Positions 1 through 7,537 of a stretch of DNA of 20,867 bases are shown here, piece by piece. The DNA is taken from positions 1 to 20,867 of the forward strand of contig JBHLJY010000032.1 of the NCBI GenBank assembly GCA_048887225.1, read 5' to 3'. Below the pieces are notes generated by a model. It was not told the DNA's origin. It saw only the letters and a program-made list of their open reading frames with translations, and did no database searches. The position numbers and the translations under genes are program-made. Position 1 is the first letter of the stretch. The number at the start of each line of letters is the position of its first letter. This DNA is from Candidatus Hodarchaeota archaeon. Lineage in GTDB: Archaea > Asgardarchaeota > Lokiarchaeia > Sigyniarchaeales > SOKP01.

Positions 1-199
1 AATTATAAATTTAATTTCTATGGTTTATAAACCTTAAACTAAAACAATTAAAAAAAATAAGTATTGAGACTTGACCTATTAATTTAATTTTTAATTATAA
101 AACAAACTAATTATTACACAAAAATATATAAAAGAATAAATTTAACAATTTTTATAGATTTAACAACCTAAATTTATTGAACTAAAGGGTGAATTAAAA

Positions 200-553
200 T
201 TGGATGTTGAGAAAAATATTTTAGAATGGTTACAGCAACTTAAAGAACACAGAAAAACAGAACCAGAGAAAATACCTTCTGAACCGAAAAAAAAATCAGA
301 TGACGAATTAAAAGAAATGATTCAAGTTAGAGCATATTTTCTTTCGCATAACCAGCTAAGTTACAATGAATTATGCTGGATGCTTGCTGAAAAACAACTT
401 ATAATTCAAAAAGGCGATGAAAACGTTACTGAAAATGAAATTCGGAAAAAAGCTGAAGAGGTATTTCGATCTTCTTGTACTTATGATGAACTATGTTGGT
501 TGATTTCAGAGCTCAATATTTTGATTGAACAGAAGATATTAGATATAGGGTGA
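200..553 (+). CDS. Hypothetical protein with two tandem DUF2934-like helical repeats
   Basis: TTG start 7 nt after GGTGA. Internal duplication IQVRAYFLS...SYNELCWMLAEKQL / IRKKAEEVF...TYDELCWLISELNI resembles the IRxRAY...W..AE..L pattern of DUF2934. Confidence 0.6.
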   Translation: MDVEKNILEWLQQLKEHRKTEPEKIPSEPKKKSDDELKEMIQVRAYFLSHNQLSYNELCWMLAEKQLIIQKGDENVTENEIRKKAEEVFRSSCTYDELCWLISELNILIEQKILDIG

Positions 554-603
554 TATCGATTAAATTTCAGTATTAAAAAAACTTGAATTGTTATTTATTC
601 CTC

Positions 604-1341
604 TTATTTCAATAAATCCTCTAATTCTCTATCTGAGAGAAACCCTTTAAGTTCCATTGTTTCTTTAATTTTTTCAATAATTTCTGGCGCTCTAGATATC
701 CCTGATTTCTCAGCCTCAAAGGAATCGATCATTTCCTTCATATCGTCTATTTTTTTATCTTTTATAAGAAGTTCAGCTTTGAGACTTTCAATTTCTTTAT
801 CTTTTTCTATTAAATTGGCTCTGATGTCTTCAATTTCCTTATTTTTTTGTTCTAAATTCGTTTTGACGCCTTCAATTTCTTCGTTTTTATGTTCTAAAAT
901 CGTTTTGACGCCTTCAATTTCTTCGTTTTTTTGTTCTAAATTCGTTTTGACGCTCTCAATTTCTTTGTTTTTTTGTTCTAAATCCGCGATATTACTCTTA
1001 AGACTTTCAATTTCTTTTTCTTTATTTGATATAATTTGTACAACATCATCTATTTTTTTAGCTGAATTTTTTTCCAATTCTGCTAAACTACTTTCTAAAT
1101 CTGATTTGTCTGATTTAAGGCTATCAATTACTTCATTCAATTCAAGCTTCTCTTTTTTAACATTCTCTAGGTCAAGTTTACATGAGGTTAGAAACATCTC
1201 TGAACCTTCAAGGCGTTCTTTGGCTTTATGAAGTTCTTGTTCTAAATTAGTAATTTTGGACCTAAGGTCTAATAATACTTTCCCCTCAACTTTTTGTTTT
1301 ATTTCAGGTTTACTCTCTACTTTAGACCAATCAATACCTAT
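604..1341 (-). CDS. Coiled-coil protein with 14-aa tandem repeats (about 245 aa; probable ATA start upstream of the ORF-track start at 1197)
   Basis: The frame stays open from 1197 back to an in-frame TGA inside a GGTGA SD. The extension reads (M)GIDWSKVESKPEIKQKVEGKVLLDLRSKITNLEQELHKAKERLE, and ATA lies 6 nt after GGTGA. The body is heptad-rich E/K/L with a short C-terminal KGFLSDRELE cap. Confidence 0.7.
   Translation of the reverse strand: MGIDWSKVESKPEIKQKVEGKVLLDLRSKITNLEQELHKAKERLEGSEMFLTSCKLDLENVKKEKLELNEVIDSLKSDKSDLESSLAELEKNSAKKIDDVVQIISNKEKEIESLKSNIADLEQKNKEIESVKTNLEQKNEEIEGVKTILEHKNEEIEGVKTNLEQKNKEIEDIRANLIEKDKEIESLKAELLIKDKKIDDMKEMIDSFEAEKSGISRAPEIIEKIKETMELKGFLSDRELEDLLK
830..981. 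repeat. 42-bp coding tandem repeat (about 3.5 near-identical units, degenerate units on both sides)
   Basis: Unit ttgttctaaattcgttttgacgccttcaatttcttcgttttt recurs at about 847, 889 and 931. It encodes LEQKNKEIESVKTN / LEQKNEEIEGVKTI / LEHKNEEIEGVKTN / LEQKNKEIEDIRAN. Confidence 0.9.
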
Positions 1342-1487
1342 AATTATTCACCTTCTAATTGCCAATTATTAAATTTTTTATATTTCAATTATTATTATTA
1401 TATATTTTAAATAAATTGAATAAATTTAAATAATATTCAACTAAAATTTAAAATAATTAAATCAAAAAAGAACAGAGGATTGGGAAG

Positions 1488-2057
1488 ATGGGAACTTTAA
1501 GTGAACATTGTTATGCTTTTCCAGTTTTAGGAGGGATAATAACAATTATAGCTCTCTTAACACCAGCGGCTCATTACATCTCTGATGATACTATGTATTA
1601 TGGTATTTATGTTTGGATGTGGGGTTTATTAATGAGAAGGGCGCTCGGACATATGAGCATGAAGGTTTTTAATAGGAGATGGGATGATTTCGTTGAATAT
1701 TGGGGTCTTGAGCTTTTTGGAATTGTTCCATCAATGATTTGTACATTATTAATCGCATTAGGATCAATAGTATTACTTAGAACTGCTCAGAAAGTTAAAA
1801 AAGGCAATATGGATGAGGATAAAGCAGCAAAATTATGGACAATAGTCGCACTCATAAACATTGGTGCAACTATTTTTTGGATAATTTGGATTGAATTTTA
1901 TTATGCAGGGGTATATCAAATTATTTTAGGGCAAATCGTAATGAGTGCTCCAGAAGAAGGGCATACTGGCTTCTGGGCCTTTTATAATGTAGGATTTGGA
2001 GTGATTGGTGTCTTTATCGGGGCTGCAGTTGCGTTAATAGGTGTGTATGTCAAATAG
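1488..2057 (+). CDS. Hypothetical integral membrane protein, about 4 TM helices
   Basis: 189-aa ORF with GAGG upstream. Four hydrophobic stretches (FPVLGGIITIIALL; GIVPSMICTLLIALGSIVLL; LWTIVALINIGATIFWIIWI; GFGVIGVFIGAAVALIGVYV). Confidence 0.75.
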   Translation: MGTLSEHCYAFPVLGGIITIIALLTPAAHYISDDTMYYGIYVWMWGLLMRRALGHMSMKVFNRRWDDFVEYWGLELFGIVPSMICTLLIALGSIVLLRTAQKVKKGNMDEDKAAKLWTIVALINIGATIFWIIWIEFYYAGVYQIILGQIVMSAPEEGHTGFWAFYNVGFGVIGVFIGAAVALIGVYVK

Positions 2058-2067
2058 AAGTTATATT

Positions 2068-2100
2068 GTTTTTTTTTTAATTCATTTTCATTTTTTTTTT
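2068..2100 (+). terminator. Oligo-T tracts, probable archaeal-type terminator
   Basis: Two T10 runs directly after the stop of 1488..2057. Confidence 0.45.
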
Positions 2101-2172
2101 AAATAATTTTTGCTGAAATTGTAATTAAAATACAGTTTTTTCTTGCTTATAATATTAAAAAAAATACAAATA

Positions 2173-2299
2173 GGAGAGAAGGGGTATAAAATCCAACCCT
2201 AAAATGTGAAAAGTCAAGAGAATATTAAACTTATAACAAGTTATTTATAAGTTTAAGGGCGAAATCCAATATTGGGTAGGATTTTTAGATACCTTCTCC
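2173..2299 (-). ncRNA. Candidate ~130-nt rod-like structured ncRNA (unassigned family)
   Basis: Nested inverted repeats: GAGAAGG 2176-2182 / CCTTCTC 2292-2298; AAAATCC 2188-2194 / GGATTTT 2279-2285; ACCC 2196-2199 / GGGT 2274-2277; perfect 12-bp inner stem 2225-2236 / 2245-2256. Minus-strand TTTATATA lies 23 nt upstream (2330-2323) and a T8 tract lies downstream (2164-2157). Confidence 0.5.
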
Positions 2300-2418
2300 G
2301 TAATATAGAATAAAAGAAGTTATATATAAATCTATTGAGTATAATTTATTAAAGCTTCAAATTGCCTTTTTTTGTTGCGAGAGCATTAAAAATTAAAAAA
2401 AAAGATTTTAAGTTAATC

Positions 2419-2553
2419 TTATATTTTTTCGAACATGTCCTTGCCAACTCCACACACAGGACATGTCCAATCATCGGGTAATTCTTCAAAGCTAGTTCCT
2501 TCGGCTTCCTCGTCGTAGATATATCCACACGCTTGACACTCCCATTTTGCCAA
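2419..2553 (-). CDS. Rubredoxin (short-chain, 44 aa; not in ORF track)
   Basis: Manual translation [44 protein letters not shown], with CxxCGYIYD and LPDDWxCPVCG motifs. TTG start with AAGGAG upstream. Confidence 0.95.
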   Translation of the reverse strand: MAKWECQACGYIYDEEAEGTSFEELPDDWTCPVCGVGKDMFEKI

Positions 2554-2717
2554 ATTTAGCAACTCCTTCTATATTAGTCTGTTTTATTTATTTTTATAGA
2601 GTTAAATTGAAAATCTTTTAAAAATATTAATTTAATATTTTATAAAATTTATTCTAAATAAAATATTATTAATTATTGACATCGAGTTTTTAAATTTTTA
2701 TTATAGTGTATTACATA

Positions 2718-5120
2718 ATGAAATCTGCCTCTAAATTGAATAGGACTCTCAGATTAAAAAACAGTCTATTGTCAAGCCCTTATGAGATATGCTTAGAACG
2801 AATCAAATATTTTACCGAAATATATAAAGAGAATAAGGAAGACCCTGAGATAATAAAAAAAGCTAAGGCAATTGCTCATGTATTAAAAAATATGGTAATT
2901 TTTATTAGGGACAATGAATTACTCGTTGGCAACGAAACAAGTAAAAATTTAGCAGAAAAAATCAATTTGGATTTATATTCTTATGAAGGGAGCCTTGGAG
3001 AAAGAAGTAGCATTAGAAAATTAGTAGAAAGAAAAGTCCAGCCTTTCCAAATTGAAGATTCTGAAATTGACGATTTATTAAAAATTATCCCATTTTGGAA
3101 AAATAAAGCTCTATATAGTGATATAATATATCAACGACTATTAAGTGAAAAAGTTCTTTCAGGAACTGGTTTAAATGCATCAATGGCACCTAATATAGCC
3201 ATTCTTTCTGGTACCAACGAAGGTCATTTATCAGCAGGGTATGAAAAACTCCTAAAATTAGGTTATAATGGAATTATTAAAGAAGCAGAATCGTATCAAA
3301 AAATTTTAAACAAGAGTGACCCAGAATATCAAGATAAAAATAATTTTTATGAAGCTGTAAAGATTTACTATAATGCAGCGACTGAGTTCGCAATGCGATA
3401 TTCAATTCTTGCGAGTGAAATGTCGCTAAAAGAAAAAAATCAACAACGAAAGGACGAGCTTGATTTAATAGCCGAAACAATGAAAAATATCTCAATTAAT
3501 CCTCCCCATTCTTTTTACGAAGCGATTCAGTATATATGGTTTACTCAAAATATTGCAAATATCATATATTACAGAAGCGTTTTAGCCTTGGGGAGATTAG
3601 ATCAATTATTATGGCCGTATTATCAAAAAGATATTATAGAAGATAAAATATTTACTCGAGATTTTGCTTTAAATTTGATTGAAGAATTAAATTTAAAATT
3701 AACTTGGAATTGTACATTATTACCTACAGATTATACTTCGATTGCAAACGCTTTAGGCCTAAATACACAAACAATCACAATATCAGGTGTAAATAAGGAA
3801 GGAAAGGATGCAACAAATGAGATTTCCTATCTTTTTTTGGAAGCCTATAAGAATATTAAATCACTTACATCTGACTTGTCTATTCGAATTCACGAAAATA
3901 CCCCAGAAAGATTTTATCTTGAAGCGATGAAGGTTTTCAAATCAACTTCTGGTATTGCTTTTTATAACGATGAGGTTATAATTCCAGCTCTCGTTAAATC
4001 TGGGTATTCTCTGGAAGATGCTCGTAATTATGTCATTATTGGATGTGTGGAACCAACGGGCCAAGGAAACTCTTTTGCTGCAACTGGTAGGATGTTTACG
4101 AATTTACCTGGTGTATTAGAGTTAACTTTAAATAATGGATATAGTCATATGTCAGAACAGATTGATGGTTTAGAAACGGGAGATCCCAGAACTTTCAAAA
4201 CTTTTGAGGATTTTTATGAAGCTTTTACGTGGCAACTCCGCTTTAATATCGAAAAAACTGTGAAAATAGCAAAAATAGGGGATGAGGAAACGATAAAATA
4301 TTATCAACAGCCATTTATTTCTGCGAGTCTCGAGGGATGTTTGGAAAGTGGGAAAGATTATACTGCAGGTGGAGCTAAATATAATTTCTCTTCTATAACT
4401 GCTTATGGTTTTGGAACTTTAGTTGACTCTATGTACAATATAAAAAAAGTTGTTTATGACGAGAAAATAATGACTTTATCAGAATTAATTGAGATATTAA
4501 ATTTAAATTTTAGAAGAAAAGAAAATTTTCGCCAAAACTTAATAAATAAATATGAAAAATGGGGAAATGACAAGAAAGAAGTGGATAACCTAGCAGTAGA
4601 ATTATGGGATACCTTTTGTAGTGAAATTGTTAAGCATAAACCAACTTGGGGAGGTCGATATAATCCAGGAGCATATTCTATGGGAATCCACGTCATGGTG
4701 GGTTTTATTACAAGAGCGACTGCTGATGGTAGAAAAGCAATGTATCCACTTTCAAATAGTTTATCTCCAGTAAATAATGTTGAAAAAAATGGAATCACCG
4801 CAACTCTTAATTCTATTGCTAAATTAAATTATGAATTAGCTACTAATGGTGTGGCTGTAAATGTAAGATTCCATCCCCTTAACTTTGAAAGCGATGAAAA
4901 TGTAAAAAAATTTTATTATCTCTTAAAAGGTTATTTTGAAAAAGGTGGAATGCAAATTCAACCTACAGTAGTTTCGACTGAAACACTAAGAGATGCCCAA
5001 AAGCATCCCGAAAATTATACCGATTTAATTGTAAAAGTTGGAGGGTATAATGCAACCTTTGTTGATCTAGGAGTCCCTATTCAGAATGACATTATAGATC
5101 GATTAGAAAACAATTTGTAA
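2718..5120 (+). CDS. Glycyl-radical enzyme (PFL-like superfamily, single-Cys GCVEP eliminase/dehydratase type), substrate unknown
   Basis: About 800 aa with ELLVGN, ALGRLDQLLWPYY, IIGCVEP thiyl loop (4041-4055), ATADGRKA and C-terminal LIVKVGGYNATF glycyl loop. ATG 2718 is preferred over GTG 2706 because it lies about 21 nt after a TTTAAA box (leaderless). Confidence 0.9.
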   Translation: MKSASKLNRTLRLKNSLLSSPYEICLERIKYFTEIYKENKEDPEIIKKAKAIAHVLKNMVIFIRDNELLVGNETSKNLAEKINLDLYSYEGSLGERSSIRKLVERKVQPFQIEDSEIDDLLKIIPFWKNKALYSDIIYQRLLSEKVLSGTGLNASMAPNIAILSGTNEGHLSAGYEKLLKLGYNGIIKEAESYQKILNKSDPEYQDKNNFYEAVKIYYNAATEFAMRYSILASEMSLKEKNQQRKDELDLIAETMKNISINPPHSFYEAIQYIWFTQNIANIIYYRSVLALGRLDQLLWPYYQKDIIEDKIFTRDFALNLIEELNLKLTWNCTLLPTDYTSIANALGLNTQTITISGVNKEGKDATNEISYLFLEAYKNIKSLTSDLSIRIHENTPERFYLEAMKVFKSTSGIAFYNDEVIIPALVKSGYSLEDARNYVIIGCVEPTGQGNSFAATGRMFTNLPGVLELTLNNGYSHMSEQIDGLETGDPRTFKTFEDFYEAFTWQLRFNIEKTVKIAKIGDEETIKYYQQPFISASLEGCLESGKDYTAGGAKYNFSSITAYGFGTLVDSMYNIKKVVYDEKIMTLSELIEILNLNFRRKENFRQNLINKYEKWGNDKKEVDNLAVELWDTFCSEIVKHKPTWGGRYNPGAYSMGIHVMVGFITRATADGRKAMYPLSNSLSPVNNVEKNGITATLNSIAKLNYELATNGVAVNVRFHPLNFESDENVKKFYYLLKGYFEKGGMQIQPTVVSTETLRDAQKHPENYTDLIVKVGGYNATFVDLGVPIQNDIIDRLENNL

Positions 5121-5152
5121 TTAAAAACGTAAGATTGGACTTCAAAATTTCA

Positions 5153-5719
5153 TTATTTAAAAGGATCAGGATGCTCTTTAAGATAATTATACAATACAGG
5201 AGCATTTTTATCACGATTAGAAACGATTGGATTTTCAACTTTCCAATCAATATTTAAATCAGGATCGTTCCAATATATCTCTCTTTCTAACTTAGGATCA
5301 TAATAATTAGATGTTTTATATTGAACTTCAGCATAATCAGATAAAACGGAAAATCCGTGAGCAAAACTCATCGGAATTAAAATTTGACGAAAATTTTCTG
5401 AACTCAGCTCTATACCATGCCATTTTTTAAAATTTGGAGAATCAGGACGAATATCCACAACTATATCCCATATTTTTCCATAACTACATCTTACTAATTT
5501 AGTTTGTCCAGGATAAGCTTGAAAATGTAAGCCTCTTACTGTATTTTTCTGAGATTTAGAATGGTTATCTTGATTAAATCTCCAATTAATATTCAGATCT
5601 TTAAATAAGGCTTCATATTTTTTGAGGGAAAAAGATTCATAAAAAAACCCTCTCGAGTCCTTAAAAACATCAGGTTCAATTATCCAAACTTCTGGAAAGA
5701 TTGTTTGAATTTTTTTCAT
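5153..5719 (-). CDS. rmlC: dTDP-4-dehydrorhamnose 3,5-epimerase
   Basis: Motifs DSRGFFYE, QDNHSKS, VRGLHFQ, QTKLVRC, DIVVDIRPDSP, FAHGF and WNDPDLNIDW. Confidence 0.95.
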   Translation of the reverse strand: MKKIQTIFPEVWIIEPDVFKDSRGFFYESFSLKKYEALFKDLNINWRFNQDNHSKSQKNTVRGLHFQAYPGQTKLVRCSYGKIWDIVVDIRPDSPNFKKWHGIELSSENFRQILIPMSFAHGFSVLSDYAEVQYKTSNYYDPKLEREIYWNDPDLNIDWKVENPIVSNRDKNAPVLYNYLKEHPDPFK

Positions 5720-5789
5720 TAAAAACTATAGAATTATGATTTGATTATAATTAAAAATTAAAATGATTATTATTAAAAATATGCATCAA

Positions 5790-5933
5790 TTAAGAATTAG
5801 ATTTTTTTACAAACATCTTTTTTGAAGAACGGCATTTAGGACATCTATACTCATCATCTAGTTTCTCAAAATGTACTTGCTTTTCATCATCAATATAGAG
5901 ATAATTACATTTTTTACATCTATAAGTAGGCAT
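5790..5933 (-). CDS. Rubredoxin-like protein (47 aa, basic, divergent; not in ORF track)
   Basis: Manual translation MPTYRCKKCNYLYIDDEKQVHFEKLDDEYRCPKCRSSKKMFVKKSNS*, with two CxxC knuckles at rubredoxin spacing. AAGGT upstream; lies downstream of the NAD(P)H oxidoreductase on the same strand. Confidence 0.85.
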   Translation of the reverse strand: MPTYRCKKCNYLYIDDEKQVHFEKLDDEYRCPKCRSSKKMFVKKSNS

Positions 5934-6013
5934 TAATTAGTTTACCTTTTTTTGATATACCTAATTATTTAATCTTATCCAATTATTTTAATTTTAAACT
6001 TATTTTTTAAAAA

Positions 6014-7363
6014 TTAAATTATTCTTTTTTTAAATTTATTCTTAGAGCCTTTACAGTTAGGACATTTCCAGTCATTAGGCAAATATTTAAATAAAAGCTC
6101 CATTTTAGCTTCATCATAAATATTTCCACATCCACCACAAATCCACTCAAATAAATTAATTGCTTCTCTGAGTTCATTATCATCAATCTCTTTTTCAATG
6201 TTTTTGTTCACATAAGGAATAGCTTTCCTTTCTCCAAATAGAATAGCTCCCTTAAGCTTATTATCCTTTAAAACGATTTTTTTATAACATCCTCCTTTTT
6301 TATCAACATTTTTTAGGATTTCCCATCCTGCTCCAATAAGTTCTGAGTCAGAAGGATCATAAATGCCAACTGAGGTTAGATCAATACCTACAATTTTAAG
6401 AGTGTTTTTTGGAATAGTTCCATGATATTCAATATTTTTTTTACCAATTATAGCAGAGGCTACAATTTTAGACTGTTCTAAGCATGCTGGAATGATTCCC
6501 CAGGTTTGATTTTTATATTCAATACAATCACCGACTGCATAGATATCATCGGCACTGGTTTCAAGATACCGATTAACAATAATTCCTTTATTTGTTTCTA
6601 ACTTAGCCTCCCTTGCTAGATCAATTGTAGGCCTTATTCCTGCTTGTATCATTACAATATCAGCTTCAAGTTTCGGGCCATCTTTAATTTTTATCCCTGT
6701 AGCTTTGTTATTTCCTAAGACCTCTTCTGTAGCGGCACCTAAAATTACTTTAATTCCCATATTTTCGATTTCTTCTTTTAAAAATTCTCCGCAATCTAAA
6801 TCTAATTGACGTGGCAATAATCGGGTAAAAAACTCGACAACCGTTGTATCAAGTTCTAAATTTTTTATCTGTCTTGCTAGCTCTAATCCTAATAATCCTC
6901 CTCCAATAATTATCGCTTTTTTTGCATTTTTCTCATCGATATAATTTCTGATTTCGAATGCATCATTAATAGTACGTAAAGTAAATACACCATTTTTCAG
7001 CAATTCTACGGCATTTTTAATTGGTGGTATATTTGGTTTACTTCCAGTTGCCAAAAGTAGTTTATCATAAAAAATCGGGTCTGTTTCGTTTTTAATAAAA
7101 ATATGTTTATGTTTTGGATGAATTTTAACGATTTTATTATTCAAAAAGGTCTTTATGTAATTTCTTTCATACCAGTCTTTATTAAACACGATTAAATCAT
7201 CAATAGATACTAAGCCACTAATAATTTGTGGAAGCTTAATTCTTGTATAATAGAGATATTTTTCTTGTGAGTAAATCTCGATCTCTACGTCTTTATCAAG
7301 GTTGCGTATATTCTGAGCCGAGAAAGTTCCTGCAACACCATTACCCACAATTATAATTTTCAT
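6014..7363 (-). CDS. FAD-dependent NAD(P)H:rubredoxin oxidoreductase-like protein with fused C-terminal rubredoxin domain
   Basis: GNGVAG (FAD), LLLATGS, IIGGGLLGLE (NAD), TSADDIYAVGDC and LKGAILFGE. C-terminal WICGGCGNIYDE...LPNDWKCPNC. Confidence 0.9.
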   Translation of the reverse strand: MKIIIVGNGVAGTFSAQNIRNLDKDVEIEIYSQEKYLYYTRIKLPQIISGLVSIDDLIVFNKDWYERNYIKTFLNNKIVKIHPKHKHIFIKNETDPIFYDKLLLATGSKPNIPPIKNAVELLKNGVFTLRTINDAFEIRNYIDEKNAKKAIIIGGGLLGLELARQIKNLELDTTVVEFFTRLLPRQLDLDCGEFLKEEIENMGIKVILGAATEEVLGNNKATGIKIKDGPKLEADIVMIQAGIRPTIDLAREAKLETNKGIIVNRYLETSADDIYAVGDCIEYKNQTWGIIPACLEQSKIVASAIIGKKNIEYHGTIPKNTLKIVGIDLTSVGIYDPSDSELIGAGWEILKNVDKKGGCYKKIVLKDNKLKGAILFGERKAIPYVNKNIEKEIDDNELREAINLFEWICGGCGNIYDEAKMELLFKYLPNDWKCPNCKGSKNKFKKRII

Positions 7364-7430
7364 ACTTTTATTAGTTACTCTAAATTATTTTAAGATTTTT
7401 ATTTAATAAATAAAATTAAGATCAATATTT

Positions 7431-7461
7431 CTTGAAACATGTTCGAGAGAGCTTTTAAATA
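7431..7461 (+). promoter_or_regulatory. Palindromic AACATGTT(CGA) operator-like site followed by a TATA-like box, between the divergent oxidoreductase and cooS genes
   Basis: AACATGTTCGA at 7436-7446 and TTAAATA at 7455. The same 11-mer with the same offset to a TATA-like box occurs at 9466. Confidence 0.5.
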
Positions 7462-7537
7462 AAATATTAATATATTTTCTAATAGTTCATAAGAACTAAT
7501 TTTTAAAATTTAGCAATTTTAATAATAAAAAAAGAAA

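Noticed and set aside
830-981. Repeat array as a possible CRISPR
   Set aside because: Units are contiguous, in-frame coding repeats with no unique spacers and no cas genes.
779-1231. 150-aa plus-strand ORF rich in S/F/L
   Set aside because: Antisense shadow of the E/K-rich repetitive coiled-coil gene.
2173-2299. Hairpin as tRNA or SECIS element
   Set aside because: No cloverleaf or T-loop consensus, no recognisable SECIS core, and no flanking gene shows an in-frame TGA at a Cys position.
2428-2440. Third partial copy of the palindrome (TTCGAACATGTCC)
   Set aside because: Lies within the rubredoxin coding sequence (KDMFE), so it is explainable by protein constraint; not counted as a regulatory site.
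3277-4798. Minus-strand ORFs 3277..3495 and 4454..4798
   Set aside because: Antisense to the well-supported glycyl-radical enzyme; no motifs.
2718-5120. Annotation as pyruvate formate-lyase (pflB)
   Set aside because: Lacks the adjacent Cys-Cys pair; has a single-Cys GCVEP loop.
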